NCBI GenBank assembly: GCA_951406725.2
Contig: OX597814.1
Coordinates: forward strand, 182,342,001 to 182,406,000
Length of the DNA stretch: 64,000 nt
Origin: Octopus vulgaris
Taxonomy: Eukaryota
Direction of reading: 5' to 3'
Positions 23,164-36,675 of the stretch are shown in pieces (the first letter of the stretch is position 1; each line of letters begins with the position of its first letter). The notes below the pieces were generated by a model, which was not told the origin of the DNA, made no database searches, and was given only the letters and a program-made list of their open reading frames with translations. Made by a program: the position numbers and the translations under genes.

Positions 23164-23591
23164 TGTGTGAGAGAGAGGGGGGATTATCATACAAAAATAA
23201 TAAATTTCAACAAAATATGCTGTCCCACGTCCGTATATGTATGATAAATCGAATTTTACAATTTTGTAAGTATATTCTGGTTATTTTCAAATTTAGTTTT
23301 CTTTTGAATTTTTCATTGAATATAATGAAATGAAAAAAAATGTTAGTCATTTGTTAATACGGTTTGAAATAAAGCCAAATTCTGTTAATAGGAATAAATC
23401 AAACGACATCAAGTATCACTTAAATGTCTGAGAGGAATTGTTCTTTATAAGATTATAATTTCTTGACTTCATCCAGAAATTCAACACCTGATGACGATCA
23501 GAGATCAGATTTATCGAAACGAGGTGTAGATATAATATTGTAAATATGCACTTCAAAAATTAATGTAATACTTCAGAAAACTGTAATTTTA

Positions 23592-24540
23592 TCACGATTC
23601 GAGCTGTGAGACAATGGAAGATACTCTTTTACTAACTGTTTCTATATTGGGCCTCTCGTTTGTATCTGCAACCATCAAAAATTTAATTGTCTTAACAATA
23701 ACATTCACTAGTTTATCGCTGCTGTTGACAACTGAATCTGGTAGAGAGACACCAACATTTGTCTGGTTGTGAAGAATGGTTGCTTCACTCCCTTCAAATG
23801 GTGGGTTACAAGTTAGCATAAAATATAATATACTTCCAAGGCTCCAGATATCCGTGGGCAAGGGATCAAAAGGAGAATTTCGGATAACTTCTGGTGCTTG
23901 ATATCGATAATCTCCCAAATAGTCATCGCTTAGAATTGGATTGCTTCTATCGACACCACAAGGGGTTGCTAATCCCCAGTCAGCCAGCTTGGCGTCGAAT
24001 TTTGAAGTTAACAATACATTGCTGGGAGTTATATCTCGGTGGGCAATATTTTGGGAATGACTGTAATGTACTGCAGATGTTAATTGGCTAAAAAATTGTA
24101 AGATGTCGGATGAGGAAATATTATGGTTACTCGTTACATACTGTTCAATATTACCAAATTCAGCATACTCCATAATGATATATAAACGGTTAGGTTTAAG
24201 GATAAATTCTTCTAGAATGATTATATTCGGGTGCTTAAACTTCGAGAGGCAGTATACCTCCGCACTGATGTATTTGTTATCTTGGAATTCTCCTTCAAAA
24301 CAGAGTCGTTTCAAAGCGTACAAGCCGTCCTTGTGTCTATTATAAACTTTATAGATTCGTCCAAAACCACCTCGACCAATTTCTTCAAGAATCTTGTATT
24401 TTGGTCTGTGTACAATTTCATCTGTGTGCACTGAGGAGTCATCGTTAGATTCCAAAGATGAGTTGTCCAAATTGATTGTTAAACTTACGTTTATTTCATC
24501 CATTTGGTTTATTTTCTTTTCGATGTTTTCCAATTTGACT
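23592..24540 (-). CDS. Ser/Thr protein kinase, TSSK/CAMK-group-like; terminal coding exon holding the whole kinase domain
   Basis: Intact 313-aa ORF with IGRGGFG, YALK, alphaC Glu, HPNII, HRDITPSN, LADWG, YQAPE, PFDP, DIWSLG. A polypyrimidine+AG acceptor (CTCTTTCTTTTTTTAG) lies just upstream of 24540. The true start is uncertain. Confidence 0.9.
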
Positions 24541-26068
24541 CTAAAAAAAGAAAGAGTAACAGCAGTTGAATGACATATTTTAATACATTAACAATTTGCT
24601 TAAGATACTATGGTTACTTTATAAACTTTACATTTTTTCCAGGGAATTTGGAATTAAACTTGTACTGAACAGTTCTTTTACTATTTGCTGCATTAAATAT
24701 CTTAAATTAGCAATTTTATCATGAAAGAAACGGCAATATTAAAGAAAATCTAAATGAAGTATTTTGTTTTTTAATGACGTTAATACTTATGTACAGTTGT
24801 GCGAATAAGGTTTAAGACCGGAAGAGATAAACGTCAATCTGGATAAATAATTCAGGAGAACAATGAATAACAAATATAGAAAATCACACGGCACTTACAG
24901 TTGCATACATAGCATACGCATTTTACCGTAACTAAGCATACATTGAAGACAGATGTAGAATCAACCAGATATTTTGACAGGCGATTTTGTTGAGGCACTG
25001 TTTCTAATCACTTCAATGAGAGGACCCGAGTTTTATACGTAGACCATTGAACTAGGTGGATTTTCTATCAACATGTTATTATATTTAAAAAAAAAAAAAA
25101 AATGGCTGACTATACATTTTACTCAGTAGCTTTTCTTAACAAGATGGATACTTTCTAATAAAAAATTTGAAACAGGATAACTTCTCCGCTATCGACTATT
25201 GAATGAACATATTACTATTCATTATTTCGATCAAATCAGTGTTAGGGTGACTTACAAGACTATCCGTAAAAAGTATTGTAATAAACCTGATGAACATTAT
25301 TTTCACTGTAATTTACTAGCTATAAACGACTATCAACTTGGCGGCAATATTTCTATCATTTGATTTCAAAGAATAACTATTGATACATTTCCTTACTATT
25401 TCATGCGTTATACTTTCAAGAAATAAGAACAACTTAATTCGAAAGAAATTTCACACTGAATGTAGATTAAAATGGGATCGATCAAAAATCATCTTTACTA
25501 ATCTGACATGTTTGAAGGAATAAAGCGTAGCATGGAGAAACATTTGACAGTTCATAAGAATAAGGAGCGTTGGAAATACCCATTATATTTGAGAACAAAA
25601 CTTCAATAGATTTTTGTATGGAGACGGGGCAGATGAATATTTTTTTTTCTAAATATGATTTAAATAATCCTTTAAATGACCTTAATTCCATTCAGAACAG
25701 CAGTAAAATAATAGATATATCTTTCCTGATATGTTTATTCAATACCAAAGTGTTATATAACATCAAATCTATAACTTCATCGCAGTAACCTCAAATCTAT
25801 AATACCAAATCTGTAACTTCATTCTAAATCTCAACAATGAACAGCAATAAATTGAATGTGAATTGTTTAATTATGGCCTAATTTCTATATAATTGAGGTT
25901 AACTTTTTAAAACCGGATTGCTCTAAGGACTACCGACAAAAAAGAAGCATAACCATGACGACGATACTCAAAGACATACACTTATCAAAACTATTCAGGG
26001 AACAAGACAGCGTTGACAGAAAAATACAGTTACATAAATTAGAAGACACTGTTAACATGTAAACTTAC

Positions 26069-26096
26069 ATTGAATCGATGATTTTTCGCCATCTAT
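26069..26096 (-). other. Candidate 28-nt upstream micro-exon of the kinase gene
   Basis: TCTTGTTTCAG|ATAGATGGCGAAAAATCATCGATTCAAT|GTAAGT; direct splicing to 24540 keeps the kinase frame open (RWRKIIDSI-VKLEN). Confidence 0.4.
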
Positions 26097-26437
26097 CTGA
26101 AACAAGACACACGTTTAACTAAAAAAAAAACAAAAAAAAGAAAACATGGAATGAATCCATTTAGTTCAAAGCGCTGCGGGGTTTCTCGAAAAAACATTTG
26201 TAGAAGTGAATAAAAAAAGCGCGCAAAATGAAAACCTCTCGCCTTCGTAGTAAATGCTTTTCGAAAAGCGTTGTAAGAATATTCAGTTATTTTTGGTAAG
26301 AAATGATTATTCGCGAATCATCAGAAAAAATATTTGTGGATATTTAAAAGTTTAGCATGAGAGAAAGTATGACGATGAAACAAATATTTTCTTTGGATCG
26401 TAAGGACGACGCTGTGCGACTGTGAGTGCGTGCGTGC

Positions 26438-26511
<74 letters not shown>

Positions 26512-26883
26512 ATGCGTGCGTGTATGTGTGTGTGCGTGCGTGTGTGTGCGTGCGTGTGTGTGTGTGCGTGTTCATGAGTTTATATGTGTATGTGCGTGTG
26601 TGCGTGCATGGGTGCGTGCGTGCATGAGTGTGTGCGTGCTTGTGTGTGTGTGTGTGTCCGTATCTGTGTGCGTGCATGCGTGTGTGTATGTGTTTGTGTA
26701 TGTGTGTGCAAGCGCGAGCATGTATGTACATATGCGTTCTCTGGGCAAGTGAATGTTAGTACGCGCGAAAAATATTTCCGAAATTTGCAGTCGTTTCTTG
26801 AGTCACGGTTGTGGAGGAAAAGAGAATCTTCTAAAAAACACATCTTCTCACTGGTATTTAGATAAACACCTCACACACACACA

Positions 26884-26930
<47 letters not shown>

Positions 26931-27010
26931 ACTCGCACATATACACACATATAGCATCAGATAAATCATCTATATTTAGAATATGAGCTACGATTTAGTT
27001 TCAGGCAGTA

Positions 27011-27218
27011 CAGTAATACCTCGACTATCGCGGGTGCTACGTTCCAAACCCCTCCGCGATAGTTGAAAATCCGCGAAGTAGAAACAGTACCGTACTGTAT
27101 ATCATTTTATTATTTCTTATAATTTGAATATATTTATTTTATTTTAAATGCAAAACAACACCACGGAGTAATCGATGTAAGCTTAAATAATAAACCGCGA
27201 TATGGCGAGAGATTACTG
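27011..27218. mobile_element. pogo/Tigger-like MITE
   Basis: Imperfect TIRs CAGTAATACCTCGACTATCGCGG / CCGCGATATGGCGAGAGATTACTG with TA on both sides. Confidence 0.75.
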
Positions 27219-27814
27219 TAATTTCTTTCATACAATTACCATATTTTGTTGTGCCTGGGAAGAGTCAATCTCTTTTAGTGCCTTACCGGTAAAGTTTCCA
27301 CTCATTTACTTATTTATTTTTCCCAAAAACGAAATCACCATATTCTTTTTCATATATATAATTATTTATAACTTGTTGAACCTACAAGCTGAAAAATTTG
27401 AAGAGATTCATTTTGATATCCTGAGAATTTCTTGGCCAAAATATAAATTTCAATTTGAAGATAAAAATCTGCAAGGTTTTACAAAATAAATGTTCGTTTT
27501 AGGAAGAATTTTTCTCTCTCATAACGTTTACTGCAATATATTCAAGCACGTAGCCATACACGTTATCACTACCACGCATGACACCAGAACTATGAGCCAA
27601 CGGACAAATCTCTAGAAAGTTGGTTGATTAGCTAGAATTAGCAACTAGATATCCCGCAAATAATACCCTATCATCTTATAAAAAGGAAGAACATATTGGA
27701 TAATGTGGTCCTAGATACACTAAGCCTGGGATAGAAAGAATACAAGATGGTCTTGGCTGGACTGCCTTCAGCCAAAGATCAGCTCGATCACGAATAACTA
27801 AGAATATCACTACT

Positions 27815-28023
27815 TTTCTCTTTTCTCTTACTTGTTTCAGTCATTTGACTGTGGCCATGCTGGAGCACCGCTTTTAGTCGAGCAAATCGTCCCAGGACTT
27901 ATTCTTTGTAAGCCTAGTACTTATTCTATCGGTCTCTTTTGCCGAACCGTTACATTACGGGGACGTAAACACACCACCATCGGTTGTCAAGCGATGTTGG
28001 GGGACAAACACAGTCACACAAAC

Positions 28024-28107
<84 letters not shown>

Positions 28108-28261
28108 GACGGGCTTCTTTCAGTTTCCGTCAACCAAATCCACTCACAAGGCTTTGGTTGGCCCGAGGCTATAGCAGAAGACACTTGCCCAAGGTTCCAC
28201 ACAGTGGGAATGAACCCGGAACCATGTGGTTGGTAAGCAAGTTACTTACCACACAGCCACA
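27815..28261 (-). mobile_element. Composite microsatellite-containing SINE
   Basis: Homologous to 13078-13510 with a long internal (TA)n. Confidence 0.9.
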
Positions 28262-28878
28262 ACTGTGTCTACTATTAAACTTTTTTTATGGAGATACGAA
28301 CTTCCTGAATGGCACACGTAACGAAAAATTGCCTTAAACTTTCTTAGTAATGTGGTCCTGTTGATGATGAGTCATGTTTGATGCGGCCCGTTCTTCGGGA
28401 AATGTTGCCCGTGCCTGGACTAGAATCATTACCACTAGATGACATTGCGATATATCTAAGGTAACCATCTTAAACATAGATGAAAGATGGCTGAAAAATA
28501 ACCATCAAAATAGTAAGTGCTAACCAACGAGCTATGAACAATTTGCAAATAACAGAAAATTCCAACTCCTAGGATTCTAAAATTGTACGCATGTGCATAT
28601 CCATATATACAAACACATATGGCTTCCTACTTTTTTTTCTATCCTCTTTGCCTGTCTCTTATTACACGGAAGTTTTCAATTTTGACATACACACATATGT
28701 ATGTATTCATATACAAACTCACACGTATGTAATGGCCTTCGTCTACATATGTACACATAAAATATAACTCACGTTCCTTACCCTCACTCACATTTTCTAT
28801 TTATTGCTGACTCATAGAAAAATGCACACACACACACAGACACATACGCGCACACATACACACGTATCTACACATACG

Positions 28879-28931
<53 letters not shown>

Positions 28932-29985
28932 TATATACAAATCTACAGAAGTGTGTTTAGAAGAAGCTATGGCAATCTAATTGCGTGTTGAAATGTTAAT
29001 ACCAGAAACGGTTGTAAATCAACCACACACACGCACACACACACACACACACGCACACACACTCACACACAAATGCACACACATACACACACACGCACGC
29101 ACACAGATGCTCGCACCCACACTCACACAGACGCACATACACACGCGCGCGCGCAAACATACACACACACATACACACTTACGCAAAATTTACCAATCCT
29201 TGACATTTTACATATATCAGTTTTAACTGGGAAATAATATCAACGCTCTTATGTAAGATAGTAAATATTTATACAAGACTAAGTAGAAGAAACTTCCCCT
29301 CAATAAATAACTGCTAGTTTTTGTTACTTGCTGTTTATAAATTTGTTCTACACTACATTCACTGGACATATAATTTTGTCAAGAAATTCAATCTTACGGT
29401 GACGCTTCCGCATAAAAGGAATTTCTTAATGATACAGTACCGGAACTCTTATACGGCTTCCAGAACTCCGGGAATACTGCAACATACTGTACTCCGTATT
29501 GGGTGAACAAACCCTATTTTTGAAGTTGGTTAATTAGCATACTGTGTGTTCTTTACCTTTTTCCGTAGATTGATAGAAATTAGATATACTCTGCTTTAGA
29601 AGCGTATAAATTTGTATTTGTATCTGTTAAATAAAATCGTACTTTTTACTTTTAATTTAATTTTCATTTAATTAAATAAAATCGTATTCATTACTTTTCA
29701 TTTAATTAGTAGAGTATGATATATATTTTAAGAATTCTAAGTGGATTAATAAATATGAAATAGACCCTGCTTTAGAAATGCTTCAATTTGTATCTATTAA
29801 ATACACTTTAGTTCTTTACATTTGACAGTTTATTTTATATTTTAAGTATATATTTAGGCTGTCTCAAGAAAACCGGAAAATCTAGAAATCTGTGACACCA
29901 TTGGTCCCAAGCTTGCCAAAAAATTGGTCCGGTACAGTATCTAAATAACTAAACCCATTATGATTTTTCTTCAAACGACTAAACT

Positions 29986-30216
29986 TATTTCTTTATTGCC
30001 CACAAGAGGCTCAACATAGAGGGGACAAACAAGGACTGACAAAGGAATTAAGTCGATTACATCGACCCCAGTGCGTAACAGGTACTTATTTAATCGACCC
30101 CGAAAGGATGAAAGGCAAAGTCGACCTCGGTGGAATTTGAACTCAGAACGTAACGGCAGACGAAATACGGCTACGCATTTCGCCCGGCGTGCTAACGTTT
30201 CTGCCAGCTCGCCGCC
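29986..30216 (-). mobile_element. Nin-domain SINE
   Basis: Full-length; TSD AAACGACTAAACT. Confidence 0.9.
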
Positions 30217-30694
30217 TTTAAACGACTAAACTGGCACATCATTTCAGGGGAAAATAATCATGGGTTAGAATTTAATGTACAAGGAGAAATGGTTTAATTG
30301 TCAGTGTTACTTCTAAAATGGCAGCGCTTTCGCAATGAATATGACAAGCAATTAAAAATGAAATGTAGGTCAAAGCGTATAATTTCGAAGTAATTTTTCC
30401 ATCTTCTCTCGTGTCGAACCAGTCTCTCTAAGACCATTTATTCAAATTTTTTCACGGTTATTGAGTAATATAAACCATAGCAACGATTTTAATATCATCT
30501 GACGTTATAGCGACAAGTGAAAACAAGAATGGTAAGTGGTTGCGCACGAATATTTGTCTATTCTTAAAAGGTTTTGCCGCTGTTTTAAAATTTGCTTAAA
30601 TAATATTGCGTCCGCAAAGATTGGAGCGTCTCTGGCAAGCAATTGCAAATGGAGGATAGGATAGTGAACGAAAGAATAAGAAAACATTTCTTAC

Positions 30695-30752
30695 CTTCTG
30701 TAATTGAACGATGATCCCCTTGTGGAACATCGGGAGATATTTATTAAAATTC
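30695..30752 (-). other. Candidate further upstream exon (kinase gene?)
   Basis: Strong donor AAG|GTAAGA, weaker acceptor TTTATAG; contains ATG-FHKGIIVQLQK. The frame connection is unresolved. Confidence 0.25.
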
Positions 30753-31904
30753 CTATAAATTCGCTTCAAGCTCTACTAAAATACGCATTTAAAAAGTAGC
30801 AATAAAATAACATGGAGAATCAACTAACGAAAGATTTAGGCGAGCATTTTAGAAGATTAGTATTTTAAAATACTCAAAATTGCTTCAGCTCGAAAAGAAA
30901 ATATATTATTTTCAACAAACTGGCATTGCAAGCTAGCATTTAGGTTCTGCATTGTTAGATTCATATTCACTTTTCAAATACATTTACATGATTCATTTAT
31001 TGTAATTCAATCTATGTAAAGTAAGAGTTGAGATTGTCTGGAGCATTTATGATGGGTTTGAAGCAATAATTAGGACGCTGCAATAAGCGAAAACAAGATG
31101 GGGTTTAAAGTTTTAGTACAATATGATGTTAAGATTCATGTCATTCCTGAGTAGGGACTAAAATCCATCTCAAGTTTTTATATTGGGATATTAACAAAGC
31201 ATATTAATGAAATAGTCGCCAATTCTAGAACTCTATAAGAGTGAGCATAACTGTACTTATTTGCTGTATGACTAGTCGACTAGTTACACTCAACTGTCTT
31301 TGACGGAAACACTGTACTGCCGTTCTGGTTAAAGTATGCAAATCATCGAAGTTTCAGATAGTAGACCAGCATCCCAAAGACTGTCAACTAGGACTCTGCG
31401 TTAATATGTTTGCGTTTACTAAACTCCTTTACATTGTGTTGGAGGAGGGAAAACATGGATGTTGTTTTTCATGGCAATTTTTATTATATGCTAATTCTTA
31501 GCCCCGAGACAGAAATTCGTAAACAAACTGGGGTTTTCCCCAACCATTTTATTAGAAATTGTAATATTTTAAAGTTTAAAATATTTTGTAAGATTCAAAA
31601 GCAAGGGTCATAAATAAATAAAAAAAAACATTATTCGACGTTTGACTTTTCGTTGAATTCATGTAAATCCCCTTTTATAAATACAATTTCATATAAACAC
31701 TTGGTTAAAAACAAAAAGACCGAATGCTCATGCATCTTAAGTTAAAATCCGTAACAAACATTTCGTCATGTTTCTGGGCAAAGCATTTTATTCTATAGAG
31801 CTTTTAATCTCTAGACTGCCGAGAAGAGATACCACATTTTCTTGTAGGAATCAATATGACTGTTCATTACCCCCACCCATACATACACACGGACATCTCT
31901 ATCT

Positions 31905-32109
31905 TTTTTTGTATTAGTTACTAGACTGCGGCCATGCAGGAGCACCACCTTGAAAGGTTTAATCGAATATATCGACCATAGTACTATCTTTTGAAATCTG
32001 GTACTTATTCTCTCGGTTTCTATTGCCGAAACGCTAAGTTAAGGGGATGTAAACAAATCAACACCTGTTGTCAAGTGGTAGGGTAGGGGACAGCATAAGT
32101 ACAAACAAA

Positions 32110-32206
<97 letters not shown>

Positions 32207-32332
32207 ACGACAGGCTTCCATTCAGTGTCTATTTACCAAATTCACTCACAAGGCATTGGTCGACCTTGCCCAAGGTGCCTCGCAGTGGGATTGAACCCAT
32301 GTGGTTACAAAACGAGCTTCTTAACCACAGTC
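31905..32332 (-). mobile_element. Older composite microsatellite-containing SINE
   Basis: Diverged homology to 13078-13510. Confidence 0.75.
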
Positions 32333-32719
32333 GTGAAAAATCAAACAAATTATGTTTATTGTACTAGCGCAACTGGATAAATATTAAAAAAAAAAGATGT
32401 TTATAGACTTTTATAGTACTTTTTTTAGTAAATGCAATATTATTTTTACGTAAATATACTTTCTTTGGGTTTTTCATGTTCAGTTTGACAGGTAAAATTT
32501 CACGCTAAATTTAAAAACGGAAACGTTACAGGGAGAAAGTGAATAAACAAATATCCTAAACTGATTTAACACCTTATCATTGTGGGTATAATATTCAAGA
32601 CGGAAATAACATCCGTGAAATATATTTAGTGAGGAAACAGCTCATTGAACCAAATCGTACTTCTTCAAAATATCTGCAAACTGAAATAGCTTTTCTAAAG
32701 ATAATACTAACCTACCATC

Positions 32720-32838
<119 letters not shown>

Positions 32839-32989
32839 ATTATTTCAGTGATCTTTTCCAAAGAAAATACAACGTCATGTAAGTAAGAAATTACCATGTT
32901 TTACAATATCGGTTCTATTTCACTACAAAGGAAAAGTAGCGTAGGTGCATCTTGATAACGCTGATAAACTACATACTTCGCTCGCGGAA

Positions 32990-33020
<31 letters not shown>

Positions 33021-34116
33021 GAGCAATCGTCAAATGCCTGTCTATTCTACTTGGCTTATTACATAATGACTATTCAAAATAAATATTGTTCATCAATAGG
33101 TGGTTAGCTTTATAGACATCATTTAAAGAGGAAATGTGAGCTCGGAAATAGCTGCGCAACTTTTGAAAAGTGCATAATAATATTTTGTTTCCATCTGACA
33201 AAAACATCAAGTCGTAGTTTGCCAACCGAGATTATTTCAGTCTACTTAATGCTGAGATATTTTATATACCTTGGTCCTAGCTAATTAACTATATTACGAC
33301 GTATGTCATGTGTTGCTAAGTACATAGGGTGAAAAGAGCAAGTGTTTCGTATATTTAACGAGAGTTTAGTTAGTATTAAGTTTCTTTTGATCTACGGAGA
33401 ATGCTTCTTTTGAGCTAATACGAGAATTGCCCGCGTCATGACATTATTTCGGTCAATTCTTTCACTTGAACAACAAGATGGTTTCGATAAATATTAATCT
33501 GGTAGAAGTTGAGTTAATTTCAAATCTGTGGACAACAGAAAATATCAACTAAAAGAAAAAGGAACAGGGTGTGTAGATAGCAAAAAAATATGTTAGATTT
33601 GCGGGAAGCACAATGACTAATAGAAATAATTAGCATTAGGGTCAAAGCGACAGCAAATTGCTACCGAAGTCTTATCGAAAATTGGAACACGAGTGCTTAC
33701 AGAGAAAGACTGAGTTTAATAATATCAGAAGTATGAAAATATATCAAATGAGCATTGAACATATCAACAATTAGCGCTGTTCAATGAAGATAAATATTTT
33801 CACACTGTGAGTGTGTATATGTGCGTGTGTGTGCGTGTGTGCGTGTGTGCGTGTGTGTATGCTTATATACGTGTATATATATATATATATATATATATAC
33901 AAGCTAATATCGAATAGTGACACAATGTCCTTATAAGTTACCTCTCATGATACGATGTATACTTAGTTATTTAGTTATTTCGAAATCCGTTACAGTCTCC
34001 TGTAACGTCGTACATTTTTATTCAAAATGGAGTCGAGTACCAACATTCCCACGTGGTACGTTTGGACAGTTGTTAAGAATCTCTTCACACGAACCGATTG
34101 GTAGTCTTGTCAACCT

Positions 34117-34148
<32 letters not shown>

Positions 34149-34181
34149 GTATATATATAGGTGCGTGTGTGTGCGTGTATG

Positions 34182-34216
<35 letters not shown>

Positions 34217-34225
34217 GTATATATG

Positions 34226-34301
<76 letters not shown>

Positions 34302-34644
34302 TGGGTTTGTATGTATATTTATTTTATATGTTTTTTCATGTATATTTATCTACTTCTTCCCTCCACTTAACAATAACAAACTAACTAAAAGCAATTGTCT
34401 TCTAATTTACCTAAAACCCCATCCCACATATCTGACTATTCAATTATTCTATTTATTCATTTATTTACTTTCTCACTGATTCTTCCCATTTCAAAAAACT
34501 CTCGGGCCTTTTGACTACTCCCCTAAGAACAATAGTTTGCGCCCTGTTTATCTCCTAAATACCAACTTACCCAAAAAACGACCCCACCACCACCCCATTA
34601 AATTTGCCTAAATGTATAAATACAAGACCCTTATATTGACAGCC

Positions 34645-34695
34645 AGCTTCCTGAAGATTTCATCTGAATGAAACAGTTCTAGTCCTGTAGAAGCT
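34645..34695 (+). ncRNA. Type I hammerhead ribozyme candidate within a Penelope-like terminal region (about 34330-34780)
   Basis: agcttc-CTGAAGA-tTTCatctGAAt-GAA-ACAG-ttctagtc-CTGT-A-gaagct: 6-bp stem I, 4-bp stem III, GUA triplet; stem II is closed by a U-U mismatch. Confidence 0.7.
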
Positions 34696-34777
34696 TCTTC
34701 TATAAAATAAATTACTTTACTCTGCTATGTATTGAGTACCTTATTTACTGTGGTTAACCCCGACTCAACCCGGGACC

Positions 34778-34873
<96 letters not shown>

Positions 34874-34879
34874 TACAAT

Positions 34880-35168
34880 ATATGCATATATACATACATT
34901 TATATGCGTACCTACATCTGTATGTATATATACATGCATATATGGGTACTGGACACCAAAAAAACGTCGAACACAATGAGAAACGAAAACATAAACACAA
35001 AACCAAGGAACTGAACATTTTTCTTAAACAACGCAGTTCCTTGGTTTTGTGTTTATGTTTTCGTTTCTCATTGTGTTCGACGTTTTTTTGGTGTCCTGTA
35101 CCCATATATGCATGTGTATATACATGTAGATGTAGGTACGTACATATATGTTTGTATATATGCATATG
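34880..35168. repeat. Long near-perfect palindrome (about 134-bp arms, 20-nt spacer)
   Basis: ...ACACCAAAAAAACGTCGAACACAATGAG...CCAAGGAACTG / CAGTTCCTTGG...CTCATTGTGTTCGACGTTTTTTTGGTGT. Confidence 0.95.
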
Positions 35169-35225
35169 TTTTATTTATTAATTTGTTATTACACGACAGA
35201 ACGCACGCATCCTTTTGTAAGTAAG

Positions 35226-35299
<74 letters not shown>

Positions 35300-35969
35300 G
35301 CGATGTGTCATGTGATGTATGAAGTCACTGTTGCTGAGTTTGTTGCTTCGGAAAGAGATAACAAAGATGTCATACTGTGCCTGCAGGTCGACATTAGCTC
35401 TGTCCTTTTGTTTTACATTTCTGTTGGGTGGTTTATGATGTGAAATTATATCTCTGCCCATGGAAGACCATGCGATGTCTGTTGATTCACCATTATGTTT
35501 TACAAAGTGTGTTTCAAGAACGATAAAGTGTTTTTTTTTTTATGATTGTCTTTGAAAGAAAGCGTATACTAGCATAACCAGCTTTTTTTTTAAATACATA
35601 TTACACTTTATGATATACTTTTTAGTAACTGCATCATGGTTAGTAAGAATAGGTAAGTATTAAGTTTTAATTATTAAATCCTTATAAATAAACATACAAC
35701 TTGATCGATTAAGTAAAGGTAAACAAATAACAGCATAGAAGAAACATATTAGCCATCGAAAAACATACAAAGACTATTAACTTAACTTAAGCACCAAATA
35801 ATAAACGTTTAAGTTATATAACAGTGTTCGTATGTTCCACCCTGTAATTGCTTTAGTTTCAACACATGGTCACAGATCAAATCACTTGCCAGAAAAGAAA
35901 ATCTCCGAAATAAGTAAAGATATTTCCCGTATGGTACATATGTTTTCTGATACTAACTTCTAGCCCCAT

Positions 35970-36110
<141 letters not shown>

Positions 36111-36589
36111 TATTAGCAAGGATGGCACGTATGAATAACGAAGCCACCTTGAGCATAATCCTATAAACCCGGAAAAATTTAAAACAGAGGGTTACCTACT
36201 TGCAAACAAATGTGGTAACATGTAACATTATTGACCGAGATTACCGTGGTCTTTTCGTAAGCTTTTCTTTCCACAGATAAACCTTATCAGCTCCCCCTTT
36301 ACACTTTTACATCATGACATTTCTGTGATTCACGATCCCTATTGATCGTTTTTTTCTTTCCCTTTTACGATCCCTTTTGATCGAAAACCTACCCCACTTT
36401 TTTTTTCTCCCCAAAAAGAAAGCTCTACTTTGTAATCTGTCCCGTCTGTGTGCAGCCCTGTGTGGCTAATAAAGAAACATATCTATCTATCTACCTATCT
36501 TCCTATCTATCACTACACTCACACACGTATAATATTTAATATCAATAATATGTATAACATATCTGTGTGTAATATATATATTTATATAT

Positions 36590-36675
<86 letters not shown>

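Noticed and set aside
33990-34009. 8-bp hairpin CGTTACAG-tctc-CTGTAACG
   Set aside because: Isolated hairpin with no complete ribozyme core or other support.
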